From the sequence record MW735835.1: a DNA stretch of 64,000 bases. The stretch is one strand, 5' to 3'. Both the position numbers and the translations under genes were made by a program. Below, piece by piece: positions 47,595-57,209 of the stretch. The DNA is from Pseudomonas phage pPa_SNUABM_DT01. Below the pieces are notes generated by a model. It searched no databases. It was given only the letters and a program-made list of their open reading frames with translations, and was not told the DNA's origin. Within the stretch, counting starts at the first letter, position 1; every line of letters starts with the position of its first letter.

Positions 47595-47620
47595 GGGAGG
47601 GCTTCGGCCCTCCCCTTTTA
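47595..47620 (+). terminator. intrinsic terminator GGGAGGGC-TTCG-GCCCTCCC + CTTTTA
   Basis: After the stop of tail-fibre-like gene 46430-47590. Confidence 0.6.
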
Positions 47621-47646
47621 TGCGCCAAATCGTATGAATCGGGCTT

Positions 47647-47675
47647 TTGACTCGATTGTTTCATGGCACTACATT
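47647..47675 (+). promoter_or_regulatory. sigma70-like promoter TTGACT-N17-TACATT
   Basis: Near-consensus -35, 17-nt spacer, -10 TACATT. About 80 nt upstream of 47754-48236. Confidence 0.4.
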
Positions 47676-47753
47676 ATTCACACGGACAAGGTTATGCCAA
47701 CACCCTACCCAGTGAAAGAGAGCCGCAGTTGAGACCGTAAAGGAAAGACTCTC

Positions 47754-48236
47754 ATGTCGAAAGGCAAATACGTAATTCCGGTGATTTTGGGGCAACCGGG
47801 CAGCGAGCTTTATCTCGTGAAAGGGGACTTGCCTCCGCGACAAGGTATGGCACTCGTTCGTTTGACTGGTGAACGCCAGCTGAACGCCAAGGACGAGAAA
47901 GAACTGGACAAACTCATCGAGCGGATGGGGCCGCCGAAGAATCGTCCAGCACGTCTGACGGAACTCACCTTCCTGAACGACACTGTCATCACCCTCGTTG
48001 ACCAGCATGAGGCCACTCTCGTGCAAGGTTACATCAACAATACTCTGCCAGGTGCGTTCCGGGCTCCGGAATTGAACAACTGGTACATCTTCGAGCGCCA
48101 GGGTGATCTCACCCCGCTGAAGCTTGCTCGCTTCGCCATCAACCTGCTTGAGCGAAGTCAGCGCATGGAGCTTCTCGGAAACCTGTCGGGTAAGAGCGTG
48201 TCCTTCACGCACTACAAGTACGACAACTTCCGTTGA
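47754..48236 (+). CDS. hypothetical protein (160 aa)
   Basis: aaggaaagactctcATG. Preceded by sigma70-like promoter 47647-47675. Followed by hairpin 48243-48264. Confidence 0.5.
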   Translation: MSKGKYVIPVILGQPGSELYLVKGDLPPRQGMALVRLTGERQLNAKDEKELDKLIERMGPPKNRPARLTELTFLNDTVITLVDQHEATLVQGYINNTLPGAFRAPELNNWYIFERQGDLTPLKLARFAINLLERSQRMELLGNLSGKSVSFTHYKYDNFR

Positions 48237-48242
48237 TCCTCA

Positions 48243-48268
48243 CGGCACTCCTTCGGGGGTGCCGTTTA
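48243..48268 (+). terminator. hairpin CGGCACTCC-TTCG-GGGGTGCCG + TTTATG
   Basis: 9-bp stem after the stop of 47754-48236. Confidence 0.5.
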
Positions 48269-48274
48269 TGCCGC

Positions 48275-49429
48275 ATGTCAAAGAAAACGAACCCATCATC
48301 AAGTATGTCACCAAGAGAGTACTCATCAATGTCGCAGCAAACTGAGCGGTACAACATCTTCTACCCGGCCATCTCGGTCGGTGATGTGCAAGCATCTTTC
48401 GGTGAAGGTCGCCGGATCGGTATCACCATGCAGGATGTGGCTGAGATCGTGAAAGTCACCGAGAACCTCAGTCAGGTCCCGGATGTGAGCGAGCTGCGCA
48501 TCGTTCAGCGCAACAACAAGCCCTGCGTCAAACTGGGCAAGGTCCTCGTCGGCGTTCTGATGTGGCCGCCGGTCGAAGAGCTGGCGAACTGGGAGCAGTG
48601 GGAAAACTCCTTCGTCATCGAAGCGCCGGCCTGGTTGAAAGAAATGGCCATGGCGCAGAAGATCGCCGAGAAAGGTGTGGTCACCGAAACGATGGCCTCG
48701 ATCTGGATCAAGGAGATGCGAGAGAAACTGGTAGCATTGAATCCCGATGATTCGACGCTCATCTATTTCGACTCCTTGAGCGAAATCGTACCCAACATCG
48801 ACAAGGTGGGTGATACCCACGTCGTTGTGCCGAACGCCGAGAACATGACTGAGGACATGATCGACGCGTCGCGTTCCCTGCTGCTTTATACCGACACCTT
48901 CAGCACTGCGAACATCCAGAGCATCCGTCGCAAGATTTCGTTGCGTCCCTGGACTGCCCGTCACCTGCCGAAGTGGTTCCTCGAGACCGACTGCCACCTG
49001 ACCAAGGCTGGTCGCGCTATGTTGGCGTACCACCTGACTCTAGCAGCCGCCATCGATCCGCCCGTGGAGGAAGAGAAATACTTCCACACCAAGGAACCCA
49101 AGCAGTTGACCGCCTACGGCGTAGAGCTGGTGCTGGATGCCAACGGTCGTCAGCTGGCTCTGACTCAGGCCTTCGAGTCCCTGTGGCTCAAGGTGGAAGA
49201 CGGTCAGATGTTCGATCTGCAAGTCAACCGTCATCAGCTGCCTGACGAGTGGAAGGGTTTCTTCCGCAAGCAGGCCGTTGAGATCAGCGGCGTCATCCGT
49301 AAAGGTGAAGGCGGCGTCATCGAACTGAAGAACCCCATAGTGCGTCTGGGTCTGAAGAACGAGTTCGCCGACATTGTCACCTACTCCATCAATCCTTCCG
49401 CGGACATCCCGCGTAACAAGAAGGTGTAA
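48275..49429 (+). CDS. hypothetical protein (about 384 aa; start uncertain, alternatives at 48305 and 48329)
   Basis: Long ORF. Overlapping minus ORFs are shadows. Confidence 0.5.
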   Translation: MSKKTNPSSSMSPREYSSMSQQTERYNIFYPAISVGDVQASFGEGRRIGITMQDVAEIVKVTENLSQVPDVSELRIVQRNNKPCVKLGKVLVGVLMWPPVEELANWEQWENSFVIEAPAWLKEMAMAQKIAEKGVVTETMASIWIKEMREKLVALNPDDSTLIYFDSLSEIVPNIDKVGDTHVVVPNAENMTEDMIDASRSLLLYTDTFSTANIQSIRRKISLRPWTARHLPKWFLETDCHLTKAGRAMLAYHLTLAAAIDPPVEEEKYFHTKEPKQLTAYGVELVLDANGRQLALTQAFESLWLKVEDGQMFDLQVNRHQLPDEWKGFFRKQAVEISGVIRKGEGGVIELKNPIVRLGLKNEFADIVTYSINPSADIPRNKKV

Positions 49430-49431
49430 CC

Positions 49432-49890
49432 ATGGCTATCCACATGATGCTCGTGGCGTTCGGCACTAACGACCCTAGCACCGACAACGCTGCTCTGCTC
49501 AAGCACTGCGGTTGGAACCCGGAGACTGAAGGCCGGACTATCGACGGTGCTGTTCAACAGTACCAAGTCGATACCGAAGTGCCTGGCGTGAAGATCCGCA
49601 TCGTCTCGATCATGGACAGGCAGATCGCTGCTGAGAACGTGACGGTGGTCTTCGAGAACGCGTTCCCTGAGGAACTCTCTCACGAAGAGTACATGACCCG
49701 GATCGATAAGATCGAGGCCATCCTTCAGGAGTTCTATAAGCGCATCTCGCTGCCCGAGGACTTCAACACCACGTACTACAACCTCAATGGCGACACTGCT
49801 GTTGTTCTGCCAGGCATGGCCGGCAACCTGACTGCTGCACTCGCCTCCAGCCGTAAAGAAGATATCAAGGCCCAAAATGAAACTGAATGA
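49432..49890 (+). CDS. hypothetical protein (152 aa)
   Basis: ORF in the array. Confidence 0.45.
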   Translation: MAIHMMLVAFGTNDPSTDNAALLKHCGWNPETEGRTIDGAVQQYQVDTEVPGVKIRIVSIMDRQIAAENVTVVFENAFPEELSHEEYMTRIDKIEAILQEFYKRISLPEDFNTTYYNLNGDTAVVLPGMAGNLTAALASSRKEDIKAQNETE

Positions 49891-50140
49891 AGTCTTCATC
49901 GTCACCGCCATCGTTGGGATCATTGCCACCAGTGTGGGTTGGGCTGATCCCGATGGCGCCAAGCAATTGTTGGAATCCGAAGGGTTCACTGGCGTGCAGA
50001 TCAAAGGACGTACCTTCTTTGGCTGCGGCAAGACGGATATCTGGAGAACCGAGTTCAGTGCCAAGAACCCTCGCGAGATCCCGGTTCATGGGGTCATCTG
50101 CAAGAGCGTGACTGGCGAGGCCTACATCAGAAGGAAGTAA
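49877..50140 (+). CDS. small membrane/secreted protein (87 aa)
   Basis: Hydrophobic N-terminus VFIVTAIVGIIATSVGWA. Confidence 0.4.
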   Translation: MKLNEVFIVTAIVGIIATSVGWADPDGAKQLLESEGFTGVQIKGRTFFGCGKTDIWRTEFSAKNPREIPVHGVICKSVTGEAYIRRK

Positions 50141-50143
50141 GGC

Positions 50144-50572
50144 ATGCAACAGGTACGTGTAGGGGTCGGCGTTATCATCATGCGTGATAACAAGATCCTG
50201 ATGGGTAAGCGCAAGGGCAGTCATGGTGCGGGTTGCTATTCTGTCCCGGGCGGTCATCTGGAGTTCGGCGAGAACATCGGTGCCTGTGCCAAGCGTGAAG
50301 TTCTGGAAGAAACGGGGATCGTGCTTCTCGATCCCCTGGTCCAAGGTGGCTACACCAACGACATCTTCAGTGAAGAAGGCAAGCACTACGCCACGCTCTT
50401 TGTGGTGTCGCGCTTCAACGAGGGCGAAGCTCAGAACCTCGAGCCAGAGAAGTGTGATGGTTGGGCCTGGTACGACATGGCCGACCTTCCCCAGCCCTTG
50501 TTCTTGCCGTTCCAGAACTACATGGACAAGGTGCACGAGCATCTGTTCGGCCGTGAGAAACTGACCGCCTAA
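50144..50572 (+). CDS. NUDIX hydrolase (MutT-like)
   Basis: Nudix box GGHLEFGENIGACAKREVLEETGI (Gx5Ex7REUxEExGU). Confidence 0.7.
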   Translation: MQQVRVGVGVIIMRDNKILMGKRKGSHGAGCYSVPGGHLEFGENIGACAKREVLEETGIVLLDPLVQGGYTNDIFSEEGKHYATLFVVSRFNEGEAQNLEPEKCDGWAWYDMADLPQPLFLPFQNYMDKVHEHLFGREKLTA

Positions 50573-50581
50573 GGAGCCGTC

Positions 50582-50854
50582 ATGTGCAAGCGTCTCGGTA
50601 AGAAGCACTTCCAGTACGTCGGCACCGATGGCCTGGATAAGTTGAAACAGGACAAGTCCCATTGGAACCCCAAGCGCCGGCTATGGGACACCTATCGGGT
50701 ACAGATCCTGCTTGCCCACACCAACTTGCGGGATGTCTATTGGAATCCCCAGCATAAAACCCCTGCCGGGATCGAGAAGAAGCTCACCCGCGCTAAAGCA
50801 GCTTACTACGCCAAACTCGAGAAGTACTACGAGCGCACTGGCAACGGCAAGTAA
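50582..50854 (+). CDS. hypothetical protein (90 aa)
   Basis: ORF in the array. Confidence 0.4.
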   Translation: MCKRLGKKHFQYVGTDGLDKLKQDKSHWNPKRRLWDTYRVQILLAHTNLRDVYWNPQHKTPAGIEKKLTRAKAAYYAKLEKYYERTGNGK

Positions 50855-50893
50855 CTCATCAAGTATTTTCAGCAAAGAAGAAGGAAGAACGAC

Positions 50894-52765
50894 GTGACTG
50901 AAGCAATCCAATACCACGAAGCCCTGGACGAACTGCGCGCAGCCTCCGAGGCTCTCCTGAAAGATGGCGCCGGTGTCATCTTCACCACCCAGTGCCGTAA
51001 GAAGCTGGGCGAACAATATCTGCGCGCGATGGCCAACGCGGCCAAAGAGCTGAACATGGACGTCAACGAGGTGGTCACTCACTTCCGTTGCTCCACCTGC
51101 TCCCGCTTCATGGCCCGTGTGGGTCACCTGGTGATCTCCAACCCGGAAAACCCCTTCGCCGTTCGTTCTGTGTTCTGGAACCCGGCAGTCGTCACCGACC
51201 CGCTGATGAAACTGGTCGTGGCCGAGATGAAGCGTTACGTCGAGAGCGCTCGTATCCAGAACGTCTACAACGTGGACGGCCCGTACAAGCAGTACACCGA
51301 GGTGACCAACCTGGGCGGTAAAGAGTTCCGCCACTACTTCATCCCGCAGGCCGTGCTGACCCACCGCGTCCCGGTGCTGAACAACCCGATCAGCATCGCC
51401 GACTTCTCCAAGAAGTTCGACCAGGTCGCAGCCCTGATCCGTTTCACCGGTGAAGTGTCGCTGGACACCGTGATGTACGTCGACGGCCTGTTCCAGGCGC
51501 GCATGATCGAACACGTCGGCGCGTCCGAGAAGACCATGGGTGATCTGAAGGCCCTGTTGGCCAGCCTGCAAGTGGCCAAGTCCACCTCGGACTACGGCCT
51601 GGCTCAGGGTGACTACAACAAGGAAACCATTCTGGTCAACACCATCTGGATGGCAGCCCTGCGCAACATGAACATGCTGTCGATCCGTGGTTCGATCCTC
51701 GGCAAGCTGCTGGCCTTCACCCACGATGCCCTGGCCAAGGGCGCTCGTGAAGCGCAACTGGACGGCATCAAGAAGTTCTGGGCCACCCAGACCGACGGCC
51801 TGCACTACCAGCGCACCACCCGTGAGGCTAGCGAGTCGCAGCTCTCCAAGACCGCTCGTTTCCTGGAAGAAGGCGGCTGGAACGAGTCGCTGAAGCAGGT
51901 CGAAGCGGCCGAACTGGACCTGCCGGTACTCTGGCAAGCCAAGGAAGCCTGGACGTTCGAAGAAGGCCACAAAGCCATCTCCAACGACTTCGCTGCCTTC
52001 GCGGCCAAGAAGGGCGTCGAGCTGAACGATCCGACTCAACCGAAACCCATCGACCTCGGCTACTTCATCAACGAAGTCCTGCCGTTTGTCGAATCCATGG
52101 GCTTCGTGGCTACCGGCCTGACCTTCATGCCGATCCTGGTGAACCGTATGGCCAACCTGGAAGCCAAGCCGATCTTCGTCTACGACACCCTCGAGAACCG
52201 CGCTCCGTTCATCCCGTGGCGTTACGACCGTAACTACTCGGTGCGTGAGCTGAACCCGCTGGCCAGCCTGACCAAGAACGGCGAGACCGTCCTGCCGGTG
52301 CTGTCGATCACCTCGGATTCCACCATTGGTTACAAGGGCCGTCGTCCTCAGGACAACGACATCTTCTTCCAGTTCGGTGGCATCTCGATGCCGCAAGCGC
52401 CGCGCCCGGCACTCTTCGCCGAGTCCATGGACAAGCAGTTCTACGAGCACCGTCGTGCGATCGAGGACTACTGCCGCAACACCATCGTACCGCGTTCGGA
52501 AACCCAGCAGTCGATCTCGATGGTCTTCGGCCCGCGTCATCCGCAGGACCACTCGAATGTGTTCGTGCTCCTGCACGTGCGTTTCGGTGAAGAAGGCAAG
52601 GCCCGTTTCGGTGCGACCAATGTGACCTACCGCTTCGATGCGCGCGGTTACACCGTCCAGCCGGACCTCAGCAAGTTCGAAGTGATTCGTGACCGGACCA
52701 AGGTCGCCGTCACCGAGCCGACTGAAGCGCCGAAAGTGCCCACGGCAGAAGTCCGCGCACTGTAA
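50894..52765 (+). CDS. hypothetical large protein (623 aa), GTG start
   Basis: aaggaag RBS. Long ORF. Terminator 52773-52798. Confidence 0.6.
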   Translation: MTEAIQYHEALDELRAASEALLKDGAGVIFTTQCRKKLGEQYLRAMANAAKELNMDVNEVVTHFRCSTCSRFMARVGHLVISNPENPFAVRSVFWNPAVVTDPLMKLVVAEMKRYVESARIQNVYNVDGPYKQYTEVTNLGGKEFRHYFIPQAVLTHRVPVLNNPISIADFSKKFDQVAALIRFTGEVSLDTVMYVDGLFQARMIEHVGASEKTMGDLKALLASLQVAKSTSDYGLAQGDYNKETILVNTIWMAALRNMNMLSIRGSILGKLLAFTHDALAKGAREAQLDGIKKFWATQTDGLHYQRTTREASESQLSKTARFLEEGGWNESLKQVEAAELDLPVLWQAKEAWTFEEGHKAISNDFAAFAAKKGVELNDPTQPKPIDLGYFINEVLPFVESMGFVATGLTFMPILVNRMANLEAKPIFVYDTLENRAPFIPWRYDRNYSVRELNPLASLTKNGETVLPVLSITSDSTIGYKGRRPQDNDIFFQFGGISMPQAPRPALFAESMDKQFYEHRRAIEDYCRNTIVPRSETQQSISMVFGPRHPQDHSNVFVLLHVRFGEEGKARFGATNVTYRFDARGYTVQPDLSKFEVIRDRTKVAVTEPTEAPKVPTAEVRAL

Positions 52766-52772
52766 GTCCCTT

Positions 52773-52798
52773 GGGGGTGGACCTTCCACCCCCTTTCC
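52773..52798 (+). terminator. hairpin GGGGGTGG-ACCTT-CCACCCCC + TTTCC
   Basis: After the stop of 50894-52765. Confidence 0.5.
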
Positions 52799-52810
52799 AT
52801 TCAAGATTCA

Positions 52811-52834
52811 TTCACTGATACATCATGTCAGTGA
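52811..52834 (+). promoter_or_regulatory. 24-nt dyad motif copy 3 (TTCACTGATACATCATGTCAGTGA)
   Basis: Perfect inverted repeat TCACTGA-N9-TCAGTGA. 23 nt upstream of the GTG of 52857-53984. Confidence 0.45.
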
Positions 52835-52856
52835 ACATCCACTAGGAGTAACACCT

Positions 52857-53984
52857 GTGCTCAAGCCCACCCCGCTCGTACGTACCAAGCGCGATGAAAT
52901 GACCTTCGGCATCCTGCCGGAATACGTTCCCCAGGACCTGGTCGGCAACATGAAAGGCGATGCTCGTCTGTACAGCTCCGACGAGATCTACAACCTGATG
53001 ATGAAGATGGACGAAGGCTTCGTCGGCATGCGTCGTTCGGTCATCGACAAGACCGAAGCTGTACGTCAGCTGATCCTCTACGCCCTGGCCACCAAGCTGA
53101 TCGGCGGCGTGCTGCACTACGCTGTGTACCAGCGTGCTGCTGGCGCTGAAGCCCAGCTGAAAGACGGCTTCTCCATCGGCTTCGGCGGTCACGTCGAGAA
53201 GAAGGACCTGTGCAGCCACGTCTCGCTGGACGAACACGGCAACGAAGTGGAAGTGGAAGAAGTCCCGTCCTCCTTCTACTCCACCATGCGCTCCGGCATC
53301 CGTGAGCTGCAAGAAGAAGTGCTCTTCTACCACCCGAGCGACGTTGAGCGTCCGTTCACCCAGGAAGAGATCCTCAACCACATCGGCGCTGGCTTCGGCT
53401 ACCGTCAGTTCGCGCTGGTGGAAGTGGAGAAGCTCTCCGAAGAACAGCAAGTCGCTTCCAAGTACAACCACGCCCACTTCGCCGTCATCGACGCCGATAT
53501 CCCGGGTGCTGGCGCTCTAGTCGTCGAGAAGGACGTGTTCTTCGCCGGTGACGCATTCCGCGAACTGTTCCAGCAAGAACCGATCCGTCGTGTGCAGGGC
53601 GCCCAACTGGGCAGCAACGTCGTACCGTTCGCCTTCATCAGCGACCGTGACGTCGAAGGCAAGCCGGGCTTCGTCGGTAACACCCACCTGGGTCTGGCAG
53701 CCATCCTGCGCGTTGAAGGCGACATCTCCTTCAAGGTGCTGGAAGAGAAGTACACCACCATTGGTTGGAAGACCAAGGAAGAACTCCTCGAACTGCGCTC
53801 GCGCTGCGAACCGTGGACCCAGTACCTGCTGGAGCACATCGACGCCATCGAACTGATCGCGCGCAACGAGTGCTTCACCCAGCCGCCGCAAATGCAGGCT
53901 GCGCCGACCGTGGAAGAGCTGGCTGCCAAGCAAGCTGAAATCCCGGCCGAAGAAGGCCTGGTGGGCGACGAAACCGTCCACTAA
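52857..53984 (+). CDS. hypothetical protein (375 aa), GTG start
   Basis: aggag RBS 8 nt before the GTG. Preceded by dyad motif 52811-52834. Hairpin at 53996-54021. Confidence 0.5.
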   Translation: MLKPTPLVRTKRDEMTFGILPEYVPQDLVGNMKGDARLYSSDEIYNLMMKMDEGFVGMRRSVIDKTEAVRQLILYALATKLIGGVLHYAVYQRAAGAEAQLKDGFSIGFGGHVEKKDLCSHVSLDEHGNEVEVEEVPSSFYSTMRSGIRELQEEVLFYHPSDVERPFTQEEILNHIGAGFGYRQFALVEVEKLSEEQQVASKYNHAHFAVIDADIPGAGALVVEKDVFFAGDAFRELFQQEPIRRVQGAQLGSNVVPFAFISDRDVEGKPGFVGNTHLGLAAILRVEGDISFKVLEEKYTTIGWKTKEELLELRSRCEPWTQYLLEHIDAIELIARNECFTQPPQMQAAPTVEELAAKQAEIPAEEGLVGDETVH

Positions 53985-54062
53985 GCAGTAACAAAGAGGT
54001 GAGGGGTCCGCCCTCACCTCTCTGCCGTCTCGCACATTCACCTGATCTATCAAGGAATCATC

Positions 54063-54992
54063 ATGTCTGACAAGAAACCCGCTACTGTTTTCATTGTTCA
54101 TCGCAACGACGCAGTCCTCCCTGACGAGGTGCGTAAGAATTACAACATCTTTGAGATGTCTGAGAAGTGGAGCCTTTCTGCGCTGACGCCGGAGAACTTC
54201 GCGCTCATCAATCCCGAAGACAAGGTCGTTGGTGTCGGTTACACCAAAGACGCCGAAGATGCATTCGGGTTCATCGACCCCGATTACGAGAAACTGTCGA
54301 TGGACGCTGCCAAGCGTTTCTACGCTCGGCCCACTGTTGCCCATTTCTTGGGTCTGCTTCTGGGTTGGTCGATGGTCAACGAAGAGCTGGAGTCTTACGA
54401 CGACGGTGATGGTGCCTCCTGGACCCGTGTCGATGACGAATGCTGGTACGGCGATATCGACTCTGTGATCCTGAACCTCGTCATGCCGAAGGATGGCGGC
54501 GGTGCCTGTGGCTGCGGTAGCAACTACGCCGCTGTGTTGTCGCTGGACAAGTTCCTGCGCACCCAGATGAACCACCCGTTCATCTCCAAGGATGAAGATG
54601 ACATCCGCAAGGGTCATCTCGAAGACACCGTTTATCGTGAAGACCTGCTCGGCCACGCCTTCTGGTTCATTGCCTACGTCATGGACGCGGCGGGGATGAC
54701 CGAACACGGCTCCGGCATTCGTCATGGCTGGCTGCAACTCAAAGGCGTCCTGTTGGCGCTGTTGATCGGCGAATCTATCCGGATGAGCACCTCTCAGGAT
54801 GAGGAAGAGCCGGTCGACCAAGAAGTGCATGACGAATTCAACCCGACTAAAGAAAAGGCCATGGAAGCTGCCATCCATCTGGATAAAGACCTTCAGATGT
54901 TGATGGCTGGAACCTGGGTACCCGATCGCCATTCCTGCGAAGCAGCACTGGATAACGTCGGGGTCGTCCGTCGGTTCATCGAATCCAAGTAA
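54063..54992 (+). CDS. hypothetical protein (309 aa)
   Basis: ORF with aaggaatcatcATG. Confidence 0.5.
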   Translation: MSDKKPATVFIVHRNDAVLPDEVRKNYNIFEMSEKWSLSALTPENFALINPEDKVVGVGYTKDAEDAFGFIDPDYEKLSMDAAKRFYARPTVAHFLGLLLGWSMVNEELESYDDGDGASWTRVDDECWYGDIDSVILNLVMPKDGGGACGCGSNYAAVLSLDKFLRTQMNHPFISKDEDDIRKGHLEDTVYREDLLGHAFWFIAYVMDAAGMTEHGSGIRHGWLQLKGVLLALLIGESIRMSTSQDEEEPVDQEVHDEFNPTKEKAMEAAIHLDKDLQMLMAGTWVPDRHSCEAALDNVGVVRRFIESK

Positions 54993-55033
54993 CTCGCACA
55001 TCCACCTCCGAACATTCATCAAGGAATTTCACC

Positions 55034-56263
55034 ATGCCTGCACAAGTCAACATCAACAACTACGACAACCACCTCGTGATCACCGCCACCGACCAGAGCA
55101 ATCTGGTGGATCATGTCCCGGCGATGGTCTACAAGGCAGTGTTGCGTCCGTACGGCATCGTGCTGATCAAGGACCGTCCGACCTTCACCCTTCCGCAACT
55201 GCGCTTCGGTCGCCATAAGCGTTTCTTCACCCAGATCAGTAACAGCTATGACCGCGATGGCCGTGGCACTGGCGTGCTGTTGGCTGGTGAAAAGGGCACC
55301 GGTAAGTCGCTGATGGCGGAAGAACTGGGCGCCTGGATGATCAAGCAGGACCTGCCGGTGATCATGGTCAGCGAACCCATGTCGGCTGAAGACCTGTCGG
55401 TCGTCATTAAGGCTGTCGGGCCGTGCATGGTGCTCTTCGACGAGTTCGGTAAGGTGTATCACGATGTCCACGAGCGTGAACGCCTGCTGACCCTGTTCTC
55501 GGACACCTCGTTCGTCGGTGTGATGTTCGTCATCACGGGCAACGCTGCCAGTGAGTTCTCCGAGTTCCTGGTTCACCGCCCTCAGCGGTTCCTCTACTGC
55601 ATCAACTACCACAGTGGTGTGGACGAGGAGACCATGGAAGACATCCTTACCACCATGCAGGTCAAGCCGGAGATGCATGAGCTGTTCCGCGAGTACCGGG
55701 TCGATAGCCGTACCCTGAACATCGACTCGCTCATGTGCGTCGTGCGTCAGTCGGCGGACTGCAAGACCCCGGAGGAGCTTGTAGAGCGTTGCGAGATCCT
55801 CAACGTACCGGAACTTCCTAAGAAGCGCTGGTACATCAAGGATGTCGTTCAGCTCAGCACGGACACCGAGGAAGTCAAGCCGTTTGGCTGGGACTTCAAC
55901 GCGAACCGTGTAGGCTTCATCGGCCTGATCGAAGGACGTGTGATGGAAGCCCGCCATATTCGCGATCCAGAGGGCCGTCGTACGTCTGTCGAGTACCAAG
56001 TCTCTGCTGACAACAGCGACGTCAAGATCGTCGTAGAAGGCATGCGCACTTTCGAGGTAACCCTCACTTACGGTTACATGCGCCCATGCTTTGATGCTGT
56101 GAAGCATGGTGAGCCGCACCCTGAGGCGGTTCTTACCAGAGAAAACAACCTCATGGTCCCTTCACGGGCAGGTGGTTTTGGTACGTTCCATTCCGAGGCC
56201 ACCGTGGATAGCGGCTCGCCGCGTGAACCGTGGCGAGCCGTTCAACCGGCAGGCCGTCATTAA
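55034..56263 (+). CDS. AAA+ ATPase (409 aa)
   Basis: Walker A GVLLAGEKGTGKSL. Walker B CMVLFDEFG. Sensor-1-like FVITGN. Confidence 0.65.
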   Translation: MPAQVNINNYDNHLVITATDQSNLVDHVPAMVYKAVLRPYGIVLIKDRPTFTLPQLRFGRHKRFFTQISNSYDRDGRGTGVLLAGEKGTGKSLMAEELGAWMIKQDLPVIMVSEPMSAEDLSVVIKAVGPCMVLFDEFGKVYHDVHERERLLTLFSDTSFVGVMFVITGNAASEFSEFLVHRPQRFLYCINYHSGVDEETMEDILTTMQVKPEMHELFREYRVDSRTLNIDSLMCVVRQSADCKTPEELVERCEILNVPELPKKRWYIKDVVQLSTDTEEVKPFGWDFNANRVGFIGLIEGRVMEARHIRDPEGRRTSVEYQVSADNSDVKIVVEGMRTFEVTLTYGYMRPCFDAVKHGEPHPEAVLTRENNLMVPSRAGGFGTFHSEATVDSGSPREPWRAVQPAGRH

Positions 56264-56302
56264 TCCCTGTTCCACCCAACCCAAGGACTAAGGAGTCCAG
56301 CA

Positions 56303-56620
56303 ATGCAAGTGAAAAACCTGAGCAACATCGCTGAAGCCCTGAAAGCCGTCTCCAAAGAAGGCAAGGTCACGTTGGTCATCGACACCCTGAAGAAGCGCGA
56401 CAGCGCAGCTGTGGGCAAGGTCGGTGACGTGTACTTCCAGCTGTCCTTCGACTCGTTGGCTGACGGTATCAAAGCTGGTCGTTCCGTGGAACTGAACGTG
56501 GAAACCGGCGAGGCTGTACTGCTCGACGTTCCTGTCCAGCCAGTGACCAAGGCCGTAGAGCCTACTTCTCGTCCTGGCCGCTCCTGCTCCTCCCGCATCA
56601 GCAACAAGGACATGATGTAA
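56303..56620 (+). CDS. hypothetical protein (105 aa)
   Basis: ORF with aaggagtccagcaATG. Terminator at 56635-56665. Confidence 0.45.
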   Translation: MQVKNLSNIAEALKAVSKEGKVTLVIDTLKKRDSAAVGKVGDVYFQLSFDSLADGIKAGRSVELNVETGEAVLLDVPVQPVTKAVEPTSRPGRSCSSRISNKDMM

Positions 56621-56634
56621 CCACCCCGTTCAGA

Positions 56635-56665
56635 GAGGAGGGCTTCGGCCCTCTTTCTCTTTTGT
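56635..56665 (+). terminator. intrinsic terminator GAGGAGGGC-TTCG-GCCCTCT + TTCTCTTTTGTTTG
   Basis: Stem + U-rich tail after the stop of 56303-56620. Confidence 0.6.
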
Positions 56666-56678
56666 TTGCGAGGAAAGC

Positions 56679-57209
56679 ATGACCACGATCGTTTATCATC
56701 AAGGCGCCATCTACGCGGATCAGGTCCACGTACGTGCTGGCACACCCTGCACCAGCCATCTGGCTGTTAAAATCTTCACCTCTGCCGATAAGCAGTTCGC
56801 CTACGGCGTGAGCGGTCGAGCCATTGCCCCGAAGGAGCGCGAATCTCTCGAACAGATTCTTCGCAAGGGCCTAGAGAAGCTTCTTGTAGCGAACATGGGC
56901 GATTCTATCATGACTCCCATGATCTTCTCTGAAGAGGAAATAGAACGTCTCAGCGATTTCGGTGGTTGGGTCATCATGACCAAGACCAGGGCATTCATTT
57001 GGCTGTCGCGGATGATCCGCGAGGCCACAGGAGCAACCATGGGCGCCGGTACCGGTTGCTGGCTGGTGTGCGGAATGATTTACGGCGGCATGAAGCCGGA
57101 GAAAGCCATTCTTAACACAGGTGACTTGGATTGCTGCACTGGTGGCGGTGTGAACAAGATCAGTGCTAAATCCCTGAAACCCTTCGTCATCAAAGGAGAG
57201 TCCAAATGA
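56679..57209 (+). CDS. HslV-like / proteasome-beta-like Ntn-hydrolase (176 aa)
   Basis: N-terminus MTTIVYHQGAIYADQ aligns with HslV [20 protein letters not shown] (catalytic Thr2). KIFTSADKQFAYGVSG aligns with RLYNDKVIAGFAGG. TMGAGTGCWLVCGMIYG aligns with IAIGSGGPYAQAAA. Confidence 0.45.
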   Translation: MTTIVYHQGAIYADQVHVRAGTPCTSHLAVKIFTSADKQFAYGVSGRAIAPKERESLEQILRKGLEKLLVANMGDSIMTPMIFSEEEIERLSDFGGWVIMTKTRAFIWLSRMIREATGATMGAGTGCWLVCGMIYGGMKPEKAILNTGDLDCCTGGGVNKISAKSLKPFVIKGESK

